NCBI GenBank assembly: GCA_963575745.1
Contig: CAUYUJ010000002.1
Location: 1,984,001-2,048,000, forward strand
Length of the DNA: 64,000 nucleotides
Reading direction: 5' to 3'
From: Prorocentrum cordatum
Lineage: Eukaryota
Position numbers and translations under genes: made by a program. Numbering within the stretch: the first letter of the stretch is position 1; every line of letters starts with the position of its first letter. The notes beneath the pieces were generated by a model that searched no databases, was not told where the DNA came from, and saw nothing but the letters and a program-made list of their open reading frames with translations. Of this stretch, positions 49,960 through 62,213 are shown piece by piece.

Positions 49960-50590
49960 CGGGGGTGGTCCGGCCAGTTTCGCCAGAGACGTCCTCGCAA
50001 CTCTGGATTCGGAGATGCTGCACGAGAGCTGGTCTGGCCAAGACATCCTCGCAACTCTGGGTTCAGAGATGCCGCGTGACATTTTCTGGCCAGTTTCGCC
50101 AGCAATTCTGGACCCAGAGATGCCCTGATTTGAGGGGGTCCAGAACTTTTCTTGTGAGACGTCGTCAGATGCTGCGCGAGAGATGGTCTGGCCCGTTTCG
50201 TTTGGGACGCCCTTGCACGTCTGGGCTTGGATCCTGCGACGACGTCGCAACTCTAGGCTCCGAGATGCCGCGTACGAGGTTGTCCAGATAGTTTCGCTTG
50301 AGATATCCTCGCAACTCTGGGCTCCGAGATGCCTCGCCCGAGGTTGTCCAGGTAGTTTAGCATGAGGAATCATCGCAACTTCTGGGGCTCCGATATACTT
50401 TTACCTGAGGTGGTCCGGCCAGTTTCGCATGAGACTTCCTCCAGATTTGGGGCTCAACGATGCCGCGCGCGAAGTTGTCTGGCAAGTGTCGCCTGATACT
50501 TAATCGCAACTCTGGGCTCAGAGGTGCCCTGACCGGAGGTGTTCCAGGCAGTTTCACCCGAGACATTCCACAGTTCTGGGTTTGGAGAAC
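49960..50590 (+). repeat. Degenerate tandem repeat (CCAGTTTCGC...CGCAACTCTGGGCTCCGAGATGCCGCG)
   Basis: The CGCAACTCTGG motif recurs roughly every 55-60 bp. Confidence 0.75.
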
Positions 50591-52502
50591 GGTACGTTGA
50601 CCTCAACGCCAGCCACATCGTTTATTCGATGCGTATGGTGTTGCCGCTCGAGTGCCAGCCGCATCCGTGATTGGGAATGATGCTCTCGCCCGAGCTCTAG
50701 CTACATTCTCGTCTGGGATTGGTGCTGTCGCCTGCGCGCTGGCCGCATTCCTCATCATTAGGCGTGGTGCTCTCGCCTCAACGCCGGCCATTTCCCCAAG
50801 TGGGTATTGCGCTGCCGCTCGAGCACCATCCACAATCACATGCTGGGACGCTTATGGCATGCATCTTGGAGGGATTTGTCCAGGTTGTCCAGGGGGGGGT
50901 CCGGGGATTTTTTGGGAGATCCGATTTTTCTCCATCGAATATAAAATGGGCCCTTCTTGCGTGCAGGCGACAGATCCGACAGCCTGAGCCTTCGTGTTCG
51001 CGCCCCCGCCCCATACCGCCGAGAACCTACGAAAACGTATCAAAATCCCGAAAGACTCGAGCCTCGGAACTCCCGCCCCCCTCCCTGAACCTCGAACCTC
51101 GCAGCTTCGTCCCCCCCCCTCTCCGGAGCCCCCTCGTGCCCCCGCCCGCCCTCTTCGAGTGTGGGATCGACTTCAAAATTGAGTTACCCCATGCACATGA
51201 TTTCTCCGTCGCGCGTACGGGAAGTGCGTAGACCGCTCCGTAGACCTACGAACATTCTATGCACTTTTTCGTAGACTCAACGAACAAATAATTTCAGAGT
51301 AAGTCGATTCTGTAGCCGATCTCCCACTCGACCCCTTGGAGGCCAGTTGTTCACGAGCGCTGCGGCGTCGCTCAAGGTCGGGTGGCGCTCCCTGCGCCCA
51401 GACGCGCCAGACCGCGGAGCCGCCGCGGCCGCGCGGCCGGGCGGCCTGGACAGCCCGGCCTCGGCGGGAGCGGGAGCCTGCGGCGCGCAGGCGCGCGGGG
51501 AGGCGGGCCTCCAGGGATCGAGGGAGGTCCTCCTTCCTCCTCCTCCTCCTCCTCCTCCTCCTCCTCGTCCTCCTCCTCCTCCGCCTCCTCTCCTCATCCT
51601 CCCCCTCCTCCTCCTCATCATCCTCCTCCTCCCTCCCCCTCCTCCGCCTCCTGCTGCTCCTCCTCCTCCTCCTCCTCCTCTTCCTCCTCCTCCCTTCCCC
51701 CTGCTTGAAGATAATTGTTCCCTGTCGCACCCCGAAGCCAGTTTTTTGGGCGGGCCGGGCGTTTCGCCTGAGACTTCCTCACCGATTATGATTCTGAAAC
51801 TAAAAACAGTCTTCCCGTAGCGCCGCGCACAATCGTTTTAAACTTTTGCAAGAGCTTCACGGATTGAGGGCGGGTCGTTTTCAAAATATGGTTCTCGCCT
51901 TAGCGCCGCGCACATTCGTTTTCAAAATTTGAAAGAGCTTCACGGATTGAGGGCGGTTGGTTTTCAAAATGTGGTTCTCGTCTCAGCGCCGCGCACATTC
52001 GTTTGAAAAAAGCGCCAGAGTTCCACGGATTCTCATGAGCAACATACTAGAAATGGTGTTTTGGAAGGACTCAGGATTATATGGGTCCAACAGTTATGCT
52101 GGTCCGCGGTGTTGGAGTCCCCAAAACGGCGGTCTGTCACGATTTCAGATCGTGAGGACGCAGCAGTCAGGTTGATCCGTGGCGTGGAAATCCCGAGAAC
52201 AATGTGTTGGCATGCTTTAAGGTCTTCAAACGGTTGTCTTCCAACGAGGCAATTTCCTCGATGGAAATGAACCGTTGTAGGGGCTTCTAAAGAGGGAGCT
52301 TGGAGGGAGGGTTAATTGCAACATCGTTGATGGCTCTTGGGTTTACACTTGTCCTCGTCGTCCTCCTCCTCCTCTTCCTCCCCGTCCTCCTCCTCCTCCT
52401 CCTTCACTCCTCCTCCACCCTCCTCCCTCCCTCCCTCCCTCCCTCCCTCCCTCCCTCCCTCCTCCCTCCCTCTCTCTCTCTCTCTCTCTCTCTTTCTTTT
52501 TT

Positions 52503-52538
<36 letters not shown>

Positions 52539-55173
52539 TCTGTCGATCTCTCTCTCTCTCTCTCTCTCTCTCCATCCCTCCCCTTCCTCCCTCCTCGTCC
52601 CCCCCGTCCTCTCCTCCCTCCTCCTTCTGCCGCCCTCCTCCTCCGCCTCTCCTCCTCCTCTCCTCGTCACCTCCTCCTCCCCTCTCCTCCCTCCTCCCCT
52701 CCTCCCTCCCTCCCTCCCTCCTTCCCTCCCTCCCCGATGACGTCTGGGAGGGCGGATGGATGGCTGGCTGGGATCTCAAGGCGTCGTGGAGCCGCAGTGG
52801 AGACCCATGCCAAGAGACACCATGCTTGCCTCCAGGGTGCCCTGGGTTTCTTGGGTTTCGATGGTTTTGCTATGGAAAGCGTGACGTTCCCACACCAAAA
52901 ATCAATGGACGTTCTGGGGTCTCAGGGTTGGATTTCTTGCGGAAGGTTTCTTGTGGTCGGGCCCCTACTGGATCCACATCGGCCGTTGGTCAAGGATTTC
53001 GGTTGCTTTGTTCGTCATCCTGATCATCCCACCTACCTTCTCTCCCCGTTCCCTCATCATCCTCCCCCCTTCTCTTCCATCCCTCTTCCTCCTGCCCTTC
53101 CTCCTCCGCCTCTCCTCCCTCCCCACCTCTCTTCCCTGGCCCTCCTACCTTCTCCTCCTCGCCAGCTGCCCCACGCCGTTGTTCTGGTGACAACGTGGAT
53201 CCCAGAGGACTCGACACTTTCCCACGGACTAGCTTCCCGTTCTCGGTCGTTCTTTGCCAGTCCTGGGGCCCGGAGAGGGCCCCAGGAGGCCCAGAGTGGC
53301 CCAAATTGACCATCACGATCTTCTCACGACGCGAGGGACCCCCTCCTCTGGGAGGGGAAGGGACAGACGTGGGCGGCCTCGGGCCCGACGAGGTGTCGCA
53401 GCCGGCCGCCGCTGCTGGCAGAGCGGCTCGGTCGTCGCTGGCGGCGGTGCTGCGAGGAGGGGGCGCCGGGGAGCGAGGATACGATTCCGAGGGTCGAGGT
53501 GCTTGGAAGTCTTTTTGAGGACCCGGTTTATCGTATGGCAGCCGAGGATGTGCACACCTTTGAGAAAAAGAAACGCGTCATCATGACGGCTTCTTGGGAC
53601 GTCTTGGGGCGTCGAACGCCAGAGGTCCGCAGAGGCCAACGTCTGGAAGGCTCCCGAGGGCCCCCCTGAGGGCCAACAACGGCAAAGTTTTGCAGGGTTG
53701 TCGCCATTTCTGAGCCTCTGGGAGGCTTCGGACGGGCAAGGCGCGCCCAAAAGTCTCGATCCTCGAATCCCCTCTCCTCCGACCAAGTAGGCTCAAAACA
53801 AATTCCTGGATCCTCTTTGGATCCGTCCTTGTCAATTTTCATCGTGGATGAATTTTCGACGGTCCGAGCCAACACAGCCAAGCTTTGGAGGGTTGTCGCC
53901 CTTTCTCGGCCTCTGGGAGGCTTCTCGTCGCCACGGCCGGATTCCCCCCGAAGTTCTGGTCAAGCGCACTCCCGGGGAGGTCCTCGAGAGTCTGGTCGAA
54001 ATGAGGTACGAGCGAGGATCGATGATAACAACCCTCCGCGCAAGAACTTGTTCCTCGGTCTCGGTTTCCTGGGGCCTGTTTCGAGCCACTGGGCCGTCGA
54101 AAGTTTACCCGGGATGAAGCATTGGCAAGGCCGCATCTAGAGAGGATCCGGGGATTTGTTTTGAGTCGATATTGGTCATAGGAGGAGGAGATTCGAGGAT
54201 CGAGGTGTTCAATTTTGTTTTGCCCGTCCCAAGCCTCCAGAGGCCCCTGGAGGCGTCACTATATAGGTAGTTCGTTGAGCAGTGTTTGTTTGCAGGAGGT
54301 TATAATATCCGCTTCACGCTATCACTGTGCCGCTGCCAATGCAGTTCAGTCGCGCATGCCCAGCACTGCACACTGTACAGTCAAGACGCGAGCATGATTA
54401 CTAATTTGGCTTCAGGATGGACTCCGGTTTTCGCTCCGCTCCTCAGATCCAGGTGGGGATACTTATCCGTGGCCGAGGCTCGCCTTGGCCTGTGGCCCGA
54501 AAAGCCCCTTCGCTCCTTGTCCAGGTGCGCACACTTTGCGGCAGAGCCCGCCGCTGGAGTCTCTCGCTGTCGGCGCGGGGCGCCGGGTTTGTCCTTTCAC
54601 GGCAGGGTTCCTTGGGATCGGGCGTTGCATTTTTTCACCCCGGGTCTGCGCCCGGTTTCGGGCCCAGCCGCCGAAAGATGGGATCCATAGTGGTGATTTT
54701 CTCGAGACCCTATTTTTGTCGCGACCTCGGATCTCAGGGTTGGCCCAGCCCACAGCACGGTGCAGGGCAGCCCAGAGTTGTACAGTCAACCCGCGTAGCA
54801 AGGATGGACAACCTTCGCAAGGGTACGGGTACGCTTGCATCCTTGCCCCTTCGGCCCATCCTTGGCGACTTTCGCTGGCCAGCCTCGTTCGAAAAACGTT
54901 AACATGGGCCTCCAAGGCCCTCGACCTTACCGCGCAATCTTGTGATACGGATTGGCTGTAGCGGGGGTCAGCCTTGACAGGGGTCAGCCAAGCCCTTCCA
55001 GCTGATGCCCCCGGTTTGGGGGGAACTGCTGCGCGGCTGGCCCAGCTTCGTGGCGCGGCCTCTGCCGAGCCCGCTCGGCACTCATCGGGGCCAGCCGGTC
55101 CCCAGCAGATGCTCCAGAGGTATAGACAAACGACGACCTCCATCGAAGAAACAACAACGGCATAATCATAACC

Positions 55174-55311
55174 TTTTGGCGCTCCACGCGGATTTCTTGG
55201 ATCCGCGCTGGGGCCCCCCCGGCGGCGCCTCCGGCGCCGCCCCTGTCGCGCTCCGCGCGCCAGGGAGGGGGACCCAGCGAAGATCCAATAACTCCGCTCG
55301 GAGCGCCAAAA
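55174..55311 (-). repeat. Second T-shaped inverted-repeat element (same core, different outer stem)
   Basis: Core 55205-55279 is the near-exact reverse complement of 38381-38455. Outer arms are TTTTGGCGCTCC and GGAGCGCCAAAA. Confidence 0.85.
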
Positions 55312-56585
55312 ACCTAGATCCATTATGGTTTTTCTCCTTCTGATCCAAGCGTCTCGACAAAAAAATCGGGATGGCCAGCTGTTCCTCGGATGGTGCCTCG
55401 TGGGACTCGGTTCTGGGCCCAGAGGCCATTGAAAGACAGCACGGAGTTCATGCGTTCGTCTCGGGGGAGGGTCGGTTGCTCTTGGGGACGCAGCTTGCGG
55501 AACCGGTGGTCAGAGGTTGTGCGGATGTCCTAGATGAATCAGGCGATCGCAAACATGGATCAAGGGGGTGTGGATTAGCGACGGGTCCCGCTTCCATGGG
55601 AAATCGCGGACGGATTTCAGCCGCCGAACGAGGTGGCACCAGCCACATTTTTGGGGAGGGCACCTCCCCCGATCCATGGATTTGGCGACCGCGCGCCAAA
55701 TCCATGGATCGCTAGTCCATGTTTGCGCGCTCCCGATAGATGAAGTAGCACGTTCCTGAATGGAGTTGCGCCGAGGGAAGAAGCACGAGGACCCTGACCA
55801 AGATGTCGCGGGATCTCGTCGACGCCAACTTGTGGTCGTGGTCAACGCCAGCCGTCGCCGATTCGCGAGGATGCGCCACGACTGGATGATGAGCAAGGTC
55901 GATGCCGATGTTTCTGCGGTCAGTCCTGGTCACTGCCATCGCATTCCTCCAAGGAAGCTTACATAACGGAGCTCGGGCCACGATGTCGGAGTTGGAGGGC
56001 CGAGGCTACCTGCTTCTAGAAGACCATCCTCTGGAGCATATGCCTAATAACTCTCTCCCCGTTCAAGCAACATGCGTCAATAGACAAATTGGGCGCCGTT
56101 ACGTGTATAGACACGTTCGGGGTGGATACGTCTGTAGGCAACGCGGCCGTTGCGTTTGGCACGGTAGAAGGTCGGAGAAAGGAAAGATCCGTCTGCGGTC
56201 TGTTCGGAAGGAGGAAAACAATACAGATCCAGCTCTATTGGCCCTCGTATTCCTCTCCTTTCCTTCCTCGCTTTCTCCTACAGGACGACGGGGGGGGAGG
56301 AGGAGGGCCAAGATAGTTGGACCTGTATTGTTTTCCTCCTCCGAATGTTCCTGCTCTGAAGCAGGTCCCGCATTACTGCTCCAGCGTCAAGAGGTTCTTG
56401 GGGCCCCTCGAGGGCGTTCCGCACCTCGGCGCCCTTTTGCGCACGCTGGCTCTCGCACGCGGGCGGGGCACCCTCGAGGCACTGCCGAGCTGGCCCCGGA
56501 GAGCAGAAGGGCAAGAGGTAGTGAGAGTGGTACGTTCCAGGATTGCGGAAGCCTTATACGGCCAGTTCCGCCGACCCTGAGGGGG

Positions 56586-56590
56586 GACGA

Positions 56591-56687
<97 letters not shown>

Positions 56688-56692
56688 AGCGA

Positions 56693-56754
<62 letters not shown>

Positions 56755-56772
56755 GCGGCGACGACGATGACT
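56586..56772. repeat. (GAC)n microsatellite
   Basis: Seen directly. Confidence 0.95.
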
Positions 56773-59700
56773 ACGGCGCTTTACGCTCAGAGGAGCAAGA
56801 GGTAATGAGAATGATCGGTTCCAAGATGTCCAGGGCCTCCAGGATTTCAGAGACTTCCTAACATTCCACCTGGGCTGCAGAAGCGAGGGCCGCCAGATAC
56901 GTCGGCACTCCTGGAACGCATCCTGGGCCAGTCCTGTCCTGACATCCTCCTCGTCCTGAGAGATGGAGCGTCGCCCCGCCTCGGCGGGAGGCCAGCAGGA
57001 TGGCAGCAGAGGCGGGCATGCAGAAGTGGCGGGCGCCAGCCGCAGAAGCCAGCGCACGCAGCAGGGCCAGGCACGGACACGCTCGCGGCGTGAGAACATC
57101 ACGACGGGAGGCTCTTGGTCGTCTTCGGCCTCCGAGGCCCCTCGCTGGGCCCCGCTTGGGAGGCCAACGCTGGACTTGGTAAACGGTTCGAGACTTTCGG
57201 GGGCCTCGTCTTGGAATCAATAAAGGAGAAGAAAGAGAAGAAGAACAATAACAATCAGAAGAAGAAGAAGAAGAGGAAGACGAAGACGAGCAACAAAAAA
57301 CATGCATGTTTGGATAAGGGTGAGCCTCGGCAGCAGAGGCGGGTACAATTCCGCAGGGCCAGATGGTGCAGGCGGGGCAGGCGGTGCAGGTGCCGTGGGC
57401 AAGCGTTCGGAGGAGGAGGAGAGGAAGCCGAAGGCGCGGCTCGTCCTGGAGAGCCCTCGTCGCCACGGCTGGATCGTCCTCTCGAAACTGGGGTCAGAGT
57501 GCACCTCTGGAGAGGTCTGGGGAGCAGCGGTGTCGACGGCCATCTCTTGTTGGGTCCCGTCCGCCGTGGACAGCAGCCTGCCCCTCCGGATTGGCAGCCG
57601 TTCGGCGCGCCGCTCTTCGGGGAGCTGGCTCGTCTCGGGATAGGGCGGGAGGGGAGCATCGGGCAGGTGCCTGTGGGGGTGGGGGGGTCGCCTCCCGTCA
57701 GGGACCTGCAACAGAAGGCGTCCTGATCGGCACCGCGCCCCGCCAGTTGTTCGCCACTGCCCGTCTACTGCGCGCCGTCTGAGGTTTCGTGCGGGCAGTC
57801 CACAAGGGTACCCTTGTGTCCTGTGCCTCGCGTCCCACGCAGGCACATTCATATGGCAATGTGGCCCTCGGAAGAGTCTTGTGTCGTCTCGCGCGTCCTC
57901 TTCGATCCACCCCGACTGTGGGGCGGGAGGGGAGCACGGGGCAGGTGCCCATGGGGGAGGAGGGCACGGGGAAAGCGGGCGGCGTCCCTGGCGCCGCGCG
58001 GCGGTGGCAGGCCGCGGAGGCGCCCTGGAGACGTCCAGGAGGCGCACGGGGGGGTGCTCCCGCCTTCTGCTGCTGCGCTCCGCTGCTCTCTCCGCCGCTC
58101 CTCTCGCCGATGCCGTCACTGCTGCCAGCGCTGCTTCTACTCTTACGTCCGGCAGATCCCTTTACAGGAGGAATATTCAAACATAGTCAAAGAATAGTCT
58201 GGCGACGATTGCTCTGATATGTTTGCATATGCTTGGAGTATGTGTGTTTTTTCGTCCAAAATCCGCCTGTAAGGGGGACATGCCCAGCCTAAATCTACTC
58301 TCGGCGTCGAGCCCGGGGGGGAGTGAGAAGGAGCGGGCCTTCTCAGAGAGCTCGGAAGTGCCCCAGCCTTCCGAGAAGAAGTTTCCTGAGCTTTCCCCGC
58401 AGGCACAAAAGACTTCTCAGAAGGCGCGGGGGCTTCTGAGAGGTCCCGCCGCCTTCTGAGAAGGCCTTCTCCTGCTCACTTCCCCCCCTCGCTCGCCGCC
58501 GAGCCACTGCTGTTGGCGCTGTTTCTATTCTGCCCGCACGCCTACAGCGTTTCCAGAGCAGGGCTTGCAACGACGGATTCTTACCGAGCTTTTTGTACCA
58601 CGCGCTGCAGCGGGGCATTGGGAGTTCATATCACCCGGATGTGTCCTCTTGGCCGCTTGCTTCTGGGCGTCGGAAACTTCTTTGGCCGCGATTGGTACTC
58701 ATTAGCCCCGACTGGCTGCTTGTCTTGAGCTCTCAGGCGTTCGATTGGCCGCGATTCGCCCCAAACAGTTGGGAGCCCAGATGCGCCATTGGGCCATGCA
58801 ATCCCAATGTAAACCTAAACTGTTTGCCGCTCTTTCCCCAATCTTGACCAAGTCTCGCGCAACATATCGGCTGCGTCGAGTCTCCTAGATGGCGGGTAGG
58901 GGCACGGAATATTGGGGGGGCATGCGCTTGTGCATTTGTTCTGGGCGAGCGTACGTTTCTATTTACAGATATTATGCCGAAATGTGGTGCACAATCGCTA
59001 TTTAGTTTAATTCGCAACCGTTCAGACCCAACGTTCCTGGTCTCGTAATCGGTCAGACCCAACATTCCTTGTCAGCTGCGTCGGCACTCCTAGAGGTTGG
59101 ACACGTGCATATTTTCAGGGCAGGCGCGCTCTCGCCTGTTCTTTGTAGTTCTGCCGAACAACGCCGTGCACAATCGCTGCATAGGTTCGCAAATTTTCAA
59201 GCCCAATGCTCCTGCGCTTGACTGTCAGTTGCAAGGTGCACGTCGACATTGACTGTGAGAATCCTGACGAGCGAGCCAACATTCCAAAAGCCACCGGAGG
59301 AGCCACACGAAAACGTGCGCGTGCCGAGGCATTGCGGGAAGGACCCCATCCATTTGAATTTTGTCTTCATGGCAGCAGGAGGCAGCATGCCAATTTGGGA
59401 TGCGCCGCCCCATCCGCGCTTCTTGTTCCGTCCCCCAGTGGTGTTCGCTCCTCTCCTCTTCTCTTCTCTTCTCTTCTATTCTCTTCTCTTCTCTTCTCTT
59501 CTCTTCTCTTCTCTTCTCTTCTCTTCTCTTCTCTTCTCTCCTCCTCCTCCTCCTCCTCCTCATTCCCCTGGTACAGTGCGACACGCTGGCGTCCGCCCGG
59601 CAGCGGGCGGCACGCTGGCGTCCATTTGTTTTGCGTCCGCCGGCTGATTCGCCCTGGTCGTCAAGGGCCCCGCAGATGAGCACCTACGCATCCGTAAGAA

Positions 59701-59936
59701 GAGCCCTGCTCTGTGCCGGCGCCATTCACGCGCGCTGGGCGACAGCGCCCCACCCGTCGAGCTACATGACGAGTCGCAAGAGGAGCTCACGGTCTTCCTC
59801 GGGTGCATCGCGTGTTGCCTCGAAGTCGCCACTCTGGGCGTGTACGGCCTCGCGCCCGTACCCCACCACCACTGCTGTGGGTGTATACTGCTTGCGGCAG
59901 CCTGCCACCGTGGGTATCAAGCGGCATCGAGCAAAG

Positions 59937-59958
59937 TCCGTAGCCATTTTGGCTCAAG
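59937..59958 (+). other. Dinoflagellate spliced leader, perfect 22-mer, upstream of a retrogene
   Basis: TCCGTAGCCATTTTGGCTCAAG. Confidence 0.97.
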
Positions 59959-60100
59959 CCATGATTAGCGACCCATTCGGCTCAGTGCATTTGGAAGTAA
60001 GCTCGACAAGGCTTGCATCCATTCGGATTTTCACGCCTGCCTGAATAGCCTTGCGGAACAAGCTGCGCTTCGGTTTTGGAGCAGTTTCCTCATCATCACC

Positions 60101-60580
60101 ATGGACAGCATTGGTGACGCTTACAGTTCCATTGGCGTCGTATCCGCATTGACATTCGGCTTCGCTGTCAGTGCGTTCGGCTCCATCGATGTCGGAGGAG
60201 GAGTGAATACAGGTCTCGTTTGGGCTGAATCTATTACCTTGGCGATGGCGTGTGGACTCAGTGCTATTGGCACAGCTTCGGTGGTTACTGTATACTACCA
60301 TATTAAAAGGTTGTCAGGGAACGACGATGATCTGTCATTGTATTTGAAGCAGACACGAGCGATCAGGAAAGTTTCGCGTTGGTGTACGTGGTCTGCGATG
60401 TTTAGCTTTTTATTTGCACTTGGGATTCACGCATTTGTGATATTGGAGCTGCCTCAAGCAATTGTTGTGGCCACTATCTTAATCGGGGCGCTCGTGACCA
60501 CAATGGTTGTGCTGTTCGTGTTAGGAAGGACATATGTACGAAATGAGCCTGTGCATGTTTGGGATCACAAAGACTCGTGA
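60101..60580 (+). CDS. Intronless putative four-transmembrane protein (159 aa), SL-bearing retrogene
   Basis: Intact ATG to TGA, non-repetitive, four hydrophobic segments, lower GC than the surroundings, 142 nt downstream of the DinoSL. Confidence 0.8.
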   Translation: MDSIGDAYSSIGVVSALTFGFAVSAFGSIDVGGGVNTGLVWAESITLAMACGLSAIGTASVVTVYYHIKRLSGNDDDLSLYLKQTRAIRKVSRWCTWSAMFSFLFALGIHAFVILELPQAIVVATILIGALVTTMVVLFVLGRTYVRNEPVHVWDHKDS

Positions 60581-62213
60581 CAGTCGCACGCGAGGAGTCC
60601 ATGCCATCATGGGCGCAAAGAAAACAGATCCTGGCGAAGGACCCACCAATATGCTTCAGCACCACATATGTGAGTATCGCCTTCAGTGGAACACTTCGTG
60701 GGACCACGAAACGTGTGACGGGTGTGCCGACATAGGCTTGGGAACGCACGCGGGCCTTGCAATTGGATCTTCGATGATTCCCTATGGAGCAACGAAGCGT
60801 ATGAAACGTGTGCTGAAATTGGCCTGTGGGCGCATGCAGGCCCTGCCACTGGGGCCTTGGGTGAAGCTCCCTGCGTGACCGCGGAACGTGTGAGGGTTGT
60901 GTCGACATGGGCGGGGGGACGACGCATGCGCGCGCTACCACTGAGAAGTTTGGTAGAGCTTTGGGGCCACGAAACGTGTTAAGGGTGGGCCGACATGGTC
61001 TGGGATATCGCAGGCAACACAACCCTATGGGGGACTCGGAGGGGCTCCCCATGGAGCCACGAGACGTGTGAGGGGTGTGCCGAAGTGGCCGGGGGACCGC
61101 ATGCAATACCAATATCCTAAGCGGTTCCGGTGGATTTCTCCAATGGAGTTCTCCAATGGAGCCACGAAGCGGGTGAGGGGTATGCCGCAATGGTCGCGGC
61201 GGCCCACCCCTTGGGGGCTTCGGGGGAACTCTTTATGAGGCCACGAAACGTCTGAGAGGTGTGCCGAAATAGTCAGGGGGACCCGAGCAGCATCACTCTC
61301 TTGCGTTCTTCTGTGGAATTCCCGATGAGGCCACGAATCGTGTGAAGGGTTTGCCAACATGGGCGGGGAACCGCATGCAGACCTTGCCAGTGGGGCCTTC
61401 GGTGGAGCCCCACAATGGGGCCACGAAGCGGGTGAGAGGTATGCCGAAAGGGAGGCGTCCTTTCTTAGGGGGCTGTGCACTCGGGAAAGGGGCTTCTGCG
61501 GGTTCGCGGGGTTCGGTTCGTCTTCCTTTCGGGCTCCTCGTGCGTTTTGCTGGATTCGGCTCGCGCGCAGGCGCCCTGTTCCAAGGGTCGGGGTTATGCA
61601 CATGCGTTTCTTTTCTTCAGCGCCATTGTCCAGGACGAAAGTTTAAATTCATGCGCCTGCCGGCGGAGCCCTTGCCAGGCCGTTCCCGGCACATGTCTTT
61701 TCTTTTCTTCCGCCGCGTGCCTGCGTCTCAAGCAGGCGCGCGCCCCGGGCCGGCCCCCGCGACCCAGTCCGAGGCCGCGCCCAGTGGACGCCTTGAAAAG
61801 TTAGCCTGGCGAAGGACCCAACCATATGCAGTTGAGAGTACCGCAATTGTGAATATCTTCTTCGGTGGCGCTCCCTATGGGGCCACGAGCCGTATGAGGG
61901 GTGTGCCGAAATGCGTGGCAGTGTACACAACACGAACGAAGACGATAGGTCCGAATATGAAAGCTTGAGCGCGTGCGAGTCGGATCGCGAGCGAGTCTGA
62001 TTATGAATGAATCTGCGCGCGATTGATTCTATTCGCATGAATGCGTGCATGGATACGCCCAGTGTAAATGTATGTATACGACTGTGAACAGTTTGGGTCT
62101 GCGTGACTCTCGGTACTCGTGACTCTGAGCGTCGCCTCTGCAGGGGGCTTCCCTGGGAACCCCGACGGCAGCGCCCGCGCGCCGCGACGCCCATGTCGGC
62201 ACGCCACACACCT

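Noticed and set aside
55740..57720. Possible host-gene exons (for example minus-strand RSISQDEEDVRTGLAQDAFQEC and EVSEILEALDILEP)
   Set aside because: They look protein-like, but there is no recognisable domain or defensible splice model without RNA data.
59937..59958. SL RNA gene
   Set aside because: The SL is followed by CC rather than a GT donor and leads into an mRNA-like ORF.
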